Origin: Chlorokybus atmophyticus
Lineage: Eukaryota > Plantae > Mesostigma and Chlorokybus algae
Direction: 5' to 3'
Assembly: GCA_009103225.1 (NCBI GenBank)
Contig: RHPI01001292.1
Span: forward strand, 417,633 to 465,710
Length of the DNA: 48,078 bases
The position numbers and the translations under genes were made by a program. The notes beneath the pieces are model-generated. The model saw nothing but the letters and a program-made list of their open reading frames with translations. It did no database searches and was not told where the DNA came from. This document shows positions 34,885 to 48,064 of this stretch, piece after piece. Numbering within the stretch: position 1 is the first letter of the stretch; the number at the start of each line of letters is the position of its first letter.

Positions 34885-37800
34885 TGTTGAAGGACTAGCA
34901 TGCACATGTAGTTGAGGCAAGCATAGACACACAGAGACAGAGCTACCGCCACCAGAGCATACACAAGTCACATCACATTCATCTATTACAAGTTGTCCGC
35001 CGGTTCTTATACCAGCCAGTTACACACACGTCTACGTTTGCAAGCACTGCGTAAGCTATACTCAGCCTTTTGACGCGCTCTAAGCTGTGTTGTCTTTCTT
35101 ACAACCAGAGCTCTTCAACAAGCGCTTACACGCCCAATATGAGTAAGTATACGCGGAGATACGAAGCAATTAGTAAGGCTCATGTCTGGTGTCCAGAGTC
35201 TGGTCCGACGACGCCATCTTGCTAAGTCCGGACCTAGTGCTCATCCTTACGACCTTCTACTCCGATGTGGAGGGTCGATGCTGATCGTATGTAGGAATGA
35301 CTCTCAACACTCCCACGCGAGCAGCTTGACCTCCGACGCTTGCTCCTGTAGTCAAACACAGATGCCAAGTCCTGCGCAACAAGTCTTGAACTTGAGCGGT
35401 GACAATGGCTTTGTCATGAAGTCCGCCAGCATGCCCTCAGTGTTGCAGTACTGGAACTCCACCTCCTTCCTTGTGACTTTGTCACGCACAAAGTGATGCA
35501 TGACATCAATGTGCTTCGTCCTTGCCGAGGCGATGGGGTGCTTCAACAACTTGATGGCTCCTTGGTTGTCACAGTTGATGACGATGCACGCCATAGGGTG
35601 CTCCAAGTCTGCCATGAGCTTGCGAAGCCAGAGTGCCTCCTTCACTGCTGCTGCCGCTGCCATGTACTCAGCCTCTAATGTAGATGCTGCTGTTGTTGGC
35701 TTCAGCCTGCTGTTCCAGCTCACCACGCCTTTGTTCAGCTTGAAGACGTAGCATGTGGTGGACATCCTGCTGTTGAGGTCACCAGCAAAGTCCGAGTCGC
35801 AGTAGCCCTCCAACTCAGTGCTCCCGCTCCCAAACTTGATGCCAATTGATGCGCTCCCAGCAACATAGCGTAGTACTCCCTTTGCTGCTCTCCAGTGCTC
35901 CATGCTCGGTGCAGACATGTAGCGAGCAAGTACTCCCACATCATGTGCAATATCGGGACGTGTGCACACTGCCAGGTAGAGCATGCTGCCTACCAGCTCA
36001 CCATATGGATACTGAGCCTTGTCGAGTACCTCCTCATCCTTTGCCTTGATGAGGGCAATGCCAAGTGCCAACGGTGTGGTCTTGGTCTTCGCTTCAGTGA
36101 GCCCAAAATTGGTGACGAGTCTTCTCACCATCTGCTCCTGACTGATCTTGATTGTGCGAGCCGCCCTGTCGCGCTCAATCACCATGCCAAGGAACCACTT
36201 GGCCTCTCCAAGATCACGAACTGAGAATGCTTGCTGTAGAGCAAGTTTCGTCTCCTGCAGGTGGTGCACCTGCCCGGCGGTGATGATGATGTCATCAACA
36301 TACACGAGCAGCCAGACCTTGTTCTCTGCATGGATGAAGAGCCCAGGGTCTGCAGAGGATGCGGTGAAGCCAAGTGCCTCCAGCTCCTTGGTGAGCTTGA
36401 TGTGCCACGTACGCGGTGCCTGTCGCAGCCCGTACAGTGCCTTGATCAACTTGCACGCTGTGCCTCTCTCCCCTTCTTCATATCCAGATGGTTGCTCGAT
36501 GAAGATCTCCTCCTCCAGCTCTCCGTAGAGGAAGGCAGTCTTCACATCCAGGTGATGCAGCTCTAGGTCTTCAGCAGCAACTATAGCTAGCAGTGCACGG
36601 AAGGTGGTATGCTTACTTGCAGGTGCAAACACTTCGTTGAAGCCCACACCTTCCTGCTGCAAGAAGCCCTTTGCCACCAGAGTTGCCTTGTAGCGCTCAA
36701 TGTTGCCCTGACCATCACGCTTCACCTTGAAGACCCATTTCACTGGAATGGTCTTCACTCCTTGCGGTAACTGCTCCAGTGACCACGTGTTGTTGGCATG
36801 GAGTGACGCAATCTCCTCGTCCATAGCACGCTGCCATTGCTCCGCATCTGGTGCTAACAATGCCTCCTCGTAGGTGCTTGGCTCCTCATTGTGCACACTG
36901 GCCACGTGTGCCTTGTGTAAGAAGTCAGGTGCCTTTCTCTCCCTCATTGGGTATCTCCTGCTGCAGGTGCGACTGCTTGTCTGCTACAGTAGAGTCCTGC
37001 TCACCCTTATTGTCGATGATGGCCCTGCCTGCAACTCCACCTTTCGTAGGAAGTTCCTCCGGCTGTGCTTCATCTTCATCTCGAGGAACGAAGCCTGCTT
37101 CTGGTTATGATAATCCCTCGTGAAAAACCACCTCTCCGCTCACGATGATCTTCTGAGTGTCCTCGAGCAAGATCCTGTAAGCCTTGGAACCCGGTCCATA
37201 GCCAATGAAGATGCCCTTCTTGCTGACCGGTTCGAACTTGTGCCTGAGCTGTTTAGGCACTAGTGCATATGCCGTGCATCCAAACACACGCATACCACTC
37301 ACATCTGGTGTGGCATCATAGAAATGCTCCCACGGAGTCTTCTGCTCTTAGCTCACCGGAGACCTGTTGCGGATGTAGTTGGCAGTGAGTACCGCCTCCT
37401 TCCACAAACTGTCTTCCATCTTTGTGTCGTTGAGCATGGCTCGAACACGCTCCAAGAGTGTCCTGTTGAGGCGTTCAGCTGCTCCATTCTGCTGCGGGGT
37501 GTAGGGTGCCGTTGTCTCGTGGCGTATGCCCTTGCTGGCGAAGAACTCCTTCAACTCCTTGTTGATGTACTCCCCTCCTCGGTCACTCCTCATTGCCTTC
37601 ATCTTGTTGCTAGACTGCGTCTCCAACAAGGCCACAACTGTGCGCACAGCTCTAGCAACTTCTGACTTGAGCGTCAATGGAAAGATGATGGACAGCTTGC
37701 TGTAGTCGTCGAGGAATGTAGCAAAGTACCTGGCCCCTCCCTTCGCCACAATGCGCATAGAGCCACAGACATCCATGTGCACAAGCTCGCAAGGATGCTG

Positions 37801-39786
37801 ACTGCTAGAAGAGGATGATGGGAATGGCATAGCATGCTGCTTTGCAACCAGGCATGGTTCACAAAGTGCACCTGATGATTTTTTGAGTTCTTCTGTGCTG
37901 AGATGGATGCCCTTGACCATCTTCTCAGCGACAAGGCGAGTGAGGTTGACGTAGCTGAGATGCCCGAATTTCGATGCCACAATGTTGGCGACTCCTTGTC
38001 CTTCACCACCATGGCTTGAATGTCAATGTCCTTAGGGTGCTGCTCCACGTGGTAGAGCCCTCCCGGATCAGCGATTCCAACCATGTGCACGACCCCATTA
38101 AGGATGACTGAGCAGCCACTCTTCCGAAATAGGATCTCCGCGCCTAAGCGCTCCGCAACCCTCAGAGAGAATAGACTCGCAATAGCCTTAGGAACATGCA
38201 GGACGTTGCGTAACAACACCTCGCGTAGTGTGTTATCAACCTTGCACTGGAGTCGTACGTTGCCAACTCCCTCAGCCACCAATACTTCGCCACCGAAGCC
38301 CGCCACCTTGATTGTGGACGTCAGCTTCCTGTAGCCCTCCATCACCTCCTTGTTTGGTGTGAGATGACGATCGCAGCCAGAGTCCACCACCCAGAAAGCT
38401 GTGCCCGCCCTCGAACTGGATGCAGTGAAGGCGACATGTTTCTCCTTGTGTTGGTGCTCGTTGCCGCTGTTGCTGGTGCTTGCTCTAGGTTGCCCCTGTT
38501 GTTTCTTCCTACAGTCCTTCACAATGTGCCCCTTCCAACCACACCAGTGGCATGTGAGGTCTTTGTGACGAGGATTGCCTGGCTTGTTGCCCTTGTACTT
38601 CTCTTCATGGTTGCTCTTCTTTGCGTGCTTGCCGGTGTAGAAGGCGACGGCATCCGCTTGCTCGTCCTTCTTCACAACCCTCTGCTCCACGGTGAGCAGC
38701 TTCGGTAGCACATCGTCCAACGTCAACTCCGATGATGACGTCTCCAGCAGGGTTGCGACGACCTCGTACTCTGCTGGTAGCCCTGCAACAATGGCCAGCA
38801 CAACCTCCGTCTCCCCCATGTTGTGGCCGACGTTGATGGGGTCCGCCCACAGCTCTCTCGCGCGCGCAACATACTTTGTGATGGGTTCTGCTGCCTCCTT
38901 CCTGAGTGCGCTCAGCTGCTTGCGTAGCTGCAATTTTCTGGCGTTGTTTTTGGCTCTGAAAACGACTGATAGCTTTTCTCAAGCTTGTCTACCATCTTCA
39001 CATGCAGTGAGCATGGGAAAGTGATGCGGTTTACAGTTCAACACAAGCAAAGAGTGTGCTTCTGCTGAATGCTCTGACCACACAGTGTTCGCTCCTAGTG
39101 GTGGTGGTGGTGCCTTCGGATCAACGTACTTCCACACCTTCTTATGGATGAGCAAGGCCTTCATCTCCACGCACCATGTGTTGTAGTTGTCGGTGTCTAG
39201 CTTTGCAATTTGCCCCTTGTCGTAGGTCGCCTCCATCTTTGTCGAGCCTGCCTTTCTTGCAGTTAACACCCAAGGCTCTGCTACTAACAAGCTACCGTAG
39301 TGTAGAACTACTATGCACACAAGCTAGTCTCACACTCCTCAAGCGTAGTGTGGGCCCATAACCTGTTGAAGGACTAGCATGCACATGTAGTTGAGGCAAG
39401 CATAGACACACAGAGACAGAGCTACCACCACCAGAGCATACACAAGTCACATCACATTCATCTATTACAAGTTGTCCGCCGGTTCTTATACCAGCCAGTT
39501 ACACACACGTCTACGTTTGCAAGCACTGCGTAAGCTATACTCAGCCTTTTGACGCGCTCTAAGCTGTGTTGTCTTTCTTACAACCAGAGCTCTTCCAAGC
39601 TCTTACACGCCCAATATGAGTAAGTATACGCGGAGATACGAAGCAGTTAGTAAGGCTCCTGTCTGGAGTCCGGAGTCTGGTCCGACGACGCCATCTTGCT
39701 AAGTCCGGACCTAGTGCTCATCCTTACGACCTTCTACTCCGATATAGAGGGTCGATGCTGATTGTATGTAGGAATGACTCTCAACA
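34885..39786 (-). mobile_element. Full-length, inactivated Ty1/Copia LTR retrotransposon
   Basis: LTRs at 34885-35309 and 39364-39786 (TGTTGA...TCAACA), perfect 5-bp TSD GCACG on both sides, PBS GGTTATGGGCCC (39363-39352), PPT-like GCGTGGGAG (35318-35310). Domain order gag-PR-IN-RT-RH. Confidence 0.97.
35352..39236 (-). pseudogene. gag-pol: Copia gag-pol polyprotein, disrupted
   Basis: Zinc knuckle CHWCGWKGHIVKDC, protease WVVDSGC, integrase HMDVCG/LDDYSK/RSDRGGEY/PQQNGAAER, RT LLVYVDDII and RNase H. Lesions: TGA at 38981-38979, 1-nt frameshift at ~37970, TAA at 37350-37348 and 37107-37105, and a further frameshift before the RT ORF 35352..36947. Confidence 0.93.
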
Positions 39787-42657
39787 GCACGTACGTGTGC
39801 ATGCGTGTGTACGCGTGCGCATGCACGTACAACAACTCAACACAAAAACTTACCAACTGTAGCATGGCTCGTCCTTCATGCGTGCTCTCACCATCCACTG
39901 CCTCTTACATACGACGATCACGCCATGCACACAGCAAGCAGGCGCACTGAGTTGCCCACGTGCACACGTAGACTATCACGCGTATTGCCTCACCAACATC
40001 AGCAGCGGCACAACAACGAAAGGTATACAAGTCTGACATTGCATACACAGACACCGCGGCTGTCCAAGCCAGCCACAGCACTCTTCAACACGTCGGTGCA
40101 CATCGCGCTGCCACCCTGCCTACACAACGTAACACAACACAACAGTTGTACGCGTCTCAACGTCACATCATCGCAGTGAGTGTTGACAACGACCATAACA
40201 AGCACGAGCACGACAACGACCACGACACTGACAATGACAATGACAGCAACGAAACCAATGACACTGACTACAACAGTGACGACGACGACAGCGACAACGA
40301 CAATAACAACAATAGCAGCAGCAGAAGTTACGCACCACAACAACAACAGTAGCGCCAATAACAGCAAACAGCGGTGCCGGGTGCGTACACCTTGCTGGTT
40401 GACCATTGCTAACTGACCAGGGCGAGGCCTTTGGCAGCTTATCGGCGGCGGTTGCCTTGTCCTGGGCCTTGAGGAGGTCGTTCAGGCCAAGCGCTAGCAC
40501 CGTGTGACTGCATGCTGTTAGGGCGCTGCTTGCGCTGCATGCTGGGAGGGCGCTGCTGTGATAACAAAGTTGACACAAGGAGAGTGACAACCACAAGTGC
40601 CTGCTGCGTTCAGTGCACACCGGCAGCGGCTCTTGTAGTTCCCATTCTGTTTGTACCCATGTCATGTATCGTCGCTAGTGTTTGCTGCGAACGCAGCTTG
40701 CTATTGTGCGAAGGTAATGTATACACATACACACGACGATGCATTGAGTCGCAAGTTTAAAATATACACCTGCGACTCGCAAGTACTCTGAGCCGTTTCG
40801 TCAATGTGTATATGTTCTCAGTGCCCAGCACTGCAATGTACACTAACGCTACCCGTGCTGTGCATCCTGAAAGTGTACTGATACACTGTTCTTTGAGAGA
40901 TCATATAATTTGGTTTACAGCATACTTGTAGTATGCGTGCGTGTCACAACGCATCTGATGACATTCTGCGGAAGAACCATACCCAAACGTTTGCGGATGC
41001 TTGGGCACTTGCGGGAAGCATAGTAGACACTACACTTATGCCCATCAATTGCAACACTCAGGGTTCCTTGTGCCAACCAAGCAAAATGCATACCTAAAGT
41101 AGTAGTACTCTTGTATTAAACATTACAGTTCCTGGAACAGACCATTGCCCATGAAACAACAGTATTAACGCAAGTAACAACAACAGTCATGGTGGCAATG
41201 TATCGTGAAGAGAGCGGTCATACCGCTACAGCCGGGCATACCACCAAAGCCAAGGCTGTGACCCACTGCGCCTTCCGCACCACAACCTTTGACCCCTGCT
41301 CACACAATGCTGAGCTTGAGCGCCCGCAATCGCACCACACGCAATAGCAAAGAGGGATTTGCACCTTTGCTGCAATGCTTTGCTACGCATTGCTTGCGTG
41401 CCTGCAACCTGAGTTTGCTGAGTGCCGTAGGCTTGCATTGTATGTCGAGGAGATTGACGAGCAAATGGAGGACTCGACAACAACTGAGAATGCAAGTGCT
41501 TGACGACAGAGCAAAGCAAACTAATGCTGCTGTCTGGTCAGGTATGTAAAGGGTTGGCCAGCAGGATCGCACTCGAGCACACATGCGTCCGACTTGAATT
41601 GCGAACGCATACCACGCATGCTGCAATGCGAGCGGGTGTTATGTATCGCTCGCCACGTTTATGCGATTGCGATCAGGCGCCTTTCAAGTTGCATACAGCA
41701 ACACATGCCGAGCACTCTCTGAGTATCTGCGATCTGCTCGTGGCGGCATGGAATGGCAACTCTATTGTCCAGGCGCTCTTGGCCAGCATCCTTCGCTCTG
41801 CAGACAGAGCAGTTAAAAGCATGTTATGTGCCACTGGTGGTGGTCTCTCACTCTCACTCCCGCTTACCGCGTGCATTGAAGCAACAGCCATTCTGAGCAG
41901 CCCGACGCTATGTCGGCTGCCCAACAACACAGGCAACATGAGAACGTGCCGTCCACCTGCGCGTCATGTGTCCTGGTAGCAACAAGCTGAGATCTGAGTG
42001 TTCTTCAGCTCTTCATGCCTGCAAGCGCGAACAGAACTGCTGCCATTGCTGAGCACGGCAGCGCTAGAGTGAGGAAACGCGGCATTCGGGGAAGGGCTGC
42101 GCCCAAGCATGACATAGTGGAAGCCCTTGCACGTGCACACAAGTGGTTGTGTGTTGTCATCATCAGAGTTCCCACAAGAATGCACACCAGTACAGGTACA
42201 TTCCTGAACAACCATGCACGAGTGCATGCGCACAACTATGAGCAATAACATCTGTGATCGCATGCATGCAGGTGGAGACAGAAGCGTGAGGTGGGGGACA
42301 AGTTGCATGCGGGTTGCACGAGCTTATGCGTTCATCAGGCATGCAAGACTGGCACACACGGCGGACTGGCGGCATAACAATGGACTAGCTTGGCTAAGGC
42401 GGCAGTGCGAAACTCTTCCCAGGACCTGATGGATGGCAACGTAGTCATCTCGACGAACGAGCAAACCGTGCCCAATAGCATACCAGCTGGCGACGAAAGC
42501 TCTCTCGACCACGTAGCAGCATCGCACGATGCGACCGCCGCCGTCATGCCCTCCGTCCACCAGGGCCAGTTTCAGCTCGGCCTGGCTTGTGCGCATGGAC
42601 ACACACACAAACGCACAGTTCGCACAAGCCGCACTTCATTTTCAAAGTCGGGTGTTG

Positions 42658-42669
42658 TTTGGCGCCAAA
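42658..42669. promoter_or_regulatory. Palindromic E2F-binding site upstream of PCNA
   Basis: TTTGGCGCCAAA is a perfect palindrome containing TTTSSCGC on both strands, ~310 bp upstream of the PCNA ATG. Confidence 0.7.
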
Positions 42670-42976
42670 TATTGCGCGGGGAAGGAAATGCGCGGTGCGA
42701 TTCATCAGGCAAGTTGCGCGGCCGGGCATCGCCCCGGTATGAATTTTTATTAGGGTTTGTGCCTTGGCTGAAAGCCCAGCTCATTGTTGGCGCCACGTGT
42801 ACCTCACTGCCTCCACCGCCGCCGCCTCCGTCCCGTCGTGGTCGCTGTGCTTGCGCCTGCGAGTGTCTTGGACTGAAGGAGAGGAGGCTTGCTGCTTGCG
42901 TCGACTTCAGTGTCGGGGCCCACAGCAGCAGGTGGCAGAGACAGAGTGTGTTTGAGAAGAGCAGCAGCTGCACAAG

Positions 42977-44309
<1,333 letters not shown>

Positions 44310-45538
44310 ATATGTACAGTATTGTTTGTTACCGTTGAGCTCATGGTCATTAACGTATACATCAGCCAACAACGTCAATGGGTGGCGGATGGAAATAAGC
44401 CTACACTGCACCCTGCCATGCGAGATGCCAGTCAGCATCGCTTACATGCCGGTGCTCAGCTGAGTGCATACGAGATAGTATGCTAGGTTGCACTGGGCTT
44501 CGCGTAGATAGCTGTCAATCTGCATGGCCAGCATTAGCTGAGGATCACCTCGCAGCACTTTCTTGTTGCACGCGTGCTTGTGGTCAGGGTGGCAATTGGA
44601 TGTACATGGCCGATTGTCAGAACCAAGGGTACTACAAAAGAAATTTTCCATTTTTAACCACATGCGCGCTGAACTGTGTATGCAATACAGAACATATATT
44701 CTGTATCAGTCCAGGACATAAAATGCACACAAGCTGGGGAGCGTTAGCATTCATGTGTACTGGGTGGGCAGATTTGCATGCTACTGCACATGCAGTTAAT
44801 TGTGTGCAGAAGTGCAGAAAACGATGCTGCACACTGTGAGCAAACATCACCAACTAGGCACATATCTTATGCAGTAGACGCGCGCATTGAAGCAGTATTG
44901 TAGATGATGTTGTGTGTGGGTGATGGTGGCCAGGATGGGGGCCCACGCACTGCTGCGCAAAGTGCATGTGTGCTAAAGAGGGGACGGAATTTTCCCTCAC
45001 CATTCACGCACCAGTACTGCTGGAACGTGACGAGCAGCTGTACATGAGTGGCACACACGCCGCAGGGTGTGTCCATTCAGGCGTGTGCGTATGCAGGCGC
45101 GGGCATGCGCACATGAGCGCCCTACATAGAAAAGCAGTCACTGCGTGCGTGTACATCACACCTGTCGAGAACTTCCAATACCACTTCAGACAGCACTACC
45201 ACTTCTGGTAAAACCTGCCTGTATACAACCCTTGCAGCTGCTAGAACATCCAGCAAGCAAAGTCATCTACTACACATATATACACGCACATGTATACACG
45301 CACATGTGCGTACAAGTACAGTAACTGTAATAGAGACAGATCAAGGTCTTCGTGTATTGTCAGGTTTGATACAACTTTGCTACTCACAGCTATACAGAAT
45401 TACTGGCAAAGTGTTTTGGTGCCCATACCTACTGGGAAAACCAACACCACCACGACATGGTGTCGAACAGAGGGGTAGTGGGAGAGGCCAGGTAGCAGGT
45501 AAGCGTGAAGCGGCCTAGCAGATGGATGGTTGAATAGC

Positions 45539-46081
45539 TCACAAGTCCAGGCCGCTGTCGTCCTTGTCGTACTTGGGCAGGTTAGCCGTGTAGAAGAGGG
45601 CCCAGACGGCGCCGAAAACGCCGGCTATAACCCAGATGAGGACGGGATCGGAGAGGCCCAGAGCCTGCCCGGTTCCCTCGCCGTACAGTCGGTCGTCCAC
45701 GACGGCCAGGGCGGGGTGTGCCGCCACCAAGGTCACCGCAGACACCGCCGCCGCCGCAACGCTCTGCTTGGGGGCAGCGCTGCAGCTCACTTGCATGCGG
45801 GCAGCTGCACACACGCAAACACAATGTCAGCCTAACCCAACGTAAGGACGACAACAACAACGACAACAACTCTGACACCCACAGCCTCCATCACAGCAAC
45901 AACTACAGCCTCAACAAACACGGCAACAGCGGCTGCGACAACAACATCACCAACCAGCAGCACAGCCACCAAATCCGCTCTCACCTGGCCGGCGGACGGC
46001 GCTCCGAGCGGGGAGGGCGGGCCGCAGGGGGGCGGCCGCGGCCCTGCAGGTGACGGTGGAGATGGCGGTGACAGCCTGCAT
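45539..46081 (-). CDS. psbW: Photosystem II reaction centre W protein, nuclear-encoded precursor (2 exons)
   Basis: Exon 1 (46081-45985) is a transit-peptide-like MQAVTAISTVTCRAAAAPLRPALPARSAVRRP. Exon 2 (45804-45539) has a lumen signal ending ALA, then VVDDRLYGEGTGQALGLS, a transmembrane helix and the C-terminal DSGLDL typical of PsbW. Confidence 0.92.
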
Positions 46082-46173
46082 GGTCGCTGAGCTGCTTGAG
46101 CGGTGGAGGACGACGGCGACAGGGGCGCTGACGACAACAGCAAGTACAAATATGCCTGTGCACAGCGTTAGAC

Positions 46174-46184
46174 TAGGGTTAGGG
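46174..46184 (-). promoter_or_regulatory. Telo-box-like interstitial telomeric motif upstream of psbW
   Basis: TAGGGTTAGGG (CCCTAACCCTA on the psbW strand), ~93 bp upstream of the psbW ATG. Confidence 0.4.
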
Positions 46185-47011
46185 AGGCAGTGTTTTTTGC
46201 AAGATACAGCGGAATACTCTGCAATTCCGGTCTTACAGTGTAGTGGTTCAGTTACCCTTATATCAGCTGTGACCTGCGCGACTTAAGAGCCCTGATACGC
46301 GCGGTCCTGCGCTTATGACGAACAAGTGTAATCGCTGATGTATTGGGTCTTCCGCGGCGCGTCCCCTCGAGCGCTCATTGGTCGAGGGGCGGACGAGCGG
46401 TCGACTCTGACGCTTGCAGGGGATAAGGCTGACCCGCGGCAAAGGACGCGCACTCTCGACGGAAGGTTACAGTAGGGCTGTAACCTTTCGCTACAGGAAG
46501 GGAGGTAGTACTAACTTACGTACCGCAATCTACCTTGACTGTTTAAGTGCAATGCCGACGGGCGTTAAGTCGTGCGATGTTGTCGATGCAGCGCGTTCAC
46601 AACGCGTGCGCCGCATCACATGATCACCGCCGTCGGACGGGTCATCGCGGCTCACAACCTGTGATCCATGCATGCGATACCGGTAGTGCATGCGCATGTA
46701 CAAGCGTTTATGTTATGACTTACTTTGATACAAGTCCCCCTCTAGTCAAGCCCCCCTCAGCAAAAAGGGGGGGGGGGGCTGTAAGCAAAAGGGGGGCTCT
46801 ATCAGAGTAAATACGGTAAGCTTCCAATGTGTATATAATTTTAAGCAATAGGTCCGCCTGCTTGCCTTACTGCTTGCATGCATGCACGCCTTCACCATCT
46901 TTTTCGCCTTGCACGCAATTAGACACAAGAATACAGAGGAGGGCTGGTCGTCGGCGTTATCGTCATTGTTGGTATTGCTGTCCACTCTACCTACCACACA
47001 CACCTGACCTA

Positions 47012-47544
47012 TGTTGAGATTCGGACAAACCACTACACATGCGCATGGATCTGGTGTAAGCATTGAGACTCACATGCTACATCCTGAGCATACAAACATT
47101 CACAGCAATTGCCTCACAAGAACATACACGCGCTACTTTGTGTCCCCTACAAGCTTAGATCACCATGAATTCACGCGCTTTTGTACCCCCTTAGTCTCTA
47201 CACGTTTACTCTAGCAAGCACCACGTAAGCTATACTCAGCTAAACGCGGCGCGATTGAATTTACCACGTAGCTAGCCTCACACGCTTTCTAACAAGCTAT
47301 GCCACGCGCCATACACTAAACTACACACGGAGTTCTTGCCATCCTTCTGAGGCTCTGAGCTGCGCCAGACCTAGCCAAGTCCGGAGTCTTCAGGCTTGCT
47401 CACACTCCGCGTCGCACACTGTTCAGATATCTGCCAGCCTGGACTCACAATTGCTCGATATCAGTCCTTATACTATAACCACTAGTACACCAAGGACTTA
47501 GCCATTTCAAGCTGACCGAACATGTCCATAAAATGCACTCAACA
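47012..47544. mobile_element. Solo LTR-like remnant related to the Copia LTR
   Basis: Ends TGTTGAG...CTCAACA. Shares GCAAGCAC..CGTAAGCTATACTCAGC and AAGTCCGGA with the Copia LTR, and its terminus AATGCACTCAACA resembles AATGACTCTCAACA. Flanks ACCTA/GTGCA do not form a TSD. Confidence 0.55.
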
Positions 47545-47900
47545 GTGCAACTATGCAAGCCAACTTCTAACACTCCCATGCGGGCAGCTTGGAATGCTGC
47601 ACTTTACATCTTCAAATCTTCGTCTGGGTAGTCACCATCTTCAATATGCTCCCGCTCCTCTCATGAGCACCTCCTTGAAGCTCAACAACTCAAACCTTTG
47701 TTGTAGCTTACATGGTCCTTCATGCTGCCTCCTGTTTGTGCTCCCACGTGCAGTACCCCTCTGGCAACATCCTGTACTCCTCTTTGCACAACTACAGCTC
47801 CACCATGCTTCTCCTCCTTCTCCTTGCTAACGCCACAAGCTCTTCTGGGTCCCACGGGCTCCGGAACCTTCTTTCCCCCCGTCTTCTGGCATTCACCAGC

Positions 47901-47991
47901 TATAATGGACCACTAGGCCACAAAATTACGGAGTGTGTCTTGTGGCCATCGTGGCGTTATTATCCGGTCGTCCCATGACATTCCCCCCCCC
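47901..47991 (-). mobile_element. Short LTR-like sequence (47980-47901) preceded by a polypurine tract (47991-47981)
   Basis: Minus strand reads GGGGGGGGGAA then TGTCA...GCCTAGTGGTC...TTATA, then GC-TGGTGAATGCC. Shares its terminal architecture and an 11-bp block with the TRIM LTR. Confidence 0.45.
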
Positions 47992-47993
47992 AC

Positions 47994-48023
47994 TTAGGGT
48001 TAGGGTTAGGGTTAGGGTTAGGG

Positions 48024-48064
<41 letters not shown>

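Larger units (their letters stand above)
33800..42547 (-). other. Possible unannotated multi-exon gene divergent from PCNA and interrupted by the Copia element
   Basis: Exon-like pieces with splice signals: ~34548-34442 (ADVSMQRVIGQAIDEVYLNREVLYETAAGNEARQ, donor GTGAGT), ~40507-40420 (HTVLALGLNDLLKAQDKATAADKLPKASP, CTAAC...CAG acceptor), and ATG-led ORF 42547-42335. No family recognised and exon connectivity is not established. Confidence 0.3.

Noticed and set aside
39999-40416. Val-, Thr- or Asp/Asn-rich ORFs (similar tract at 45840-45960)
   Set aside because: Degenerate trinucleotide simple sequence; the 45840-45960 example lies inside the psbW intron, showing such tracts are noncoding here.
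42390-42976. Upstream extension of a 218-aa ORF overlapping the PCNA start
   Set aside because: Different frame from PCNA, covers the promoter and 5' UTR, no protein-like features.
46740-46800. C-run/G-run hairpin followed by CTAG on the minus strand, suggesting a Helitron 3' end
   Set aside because: CTAG is followed by A rather than T, the stem is homopolymeric, and no 5' TC end or Rep/helicase remnant was found.
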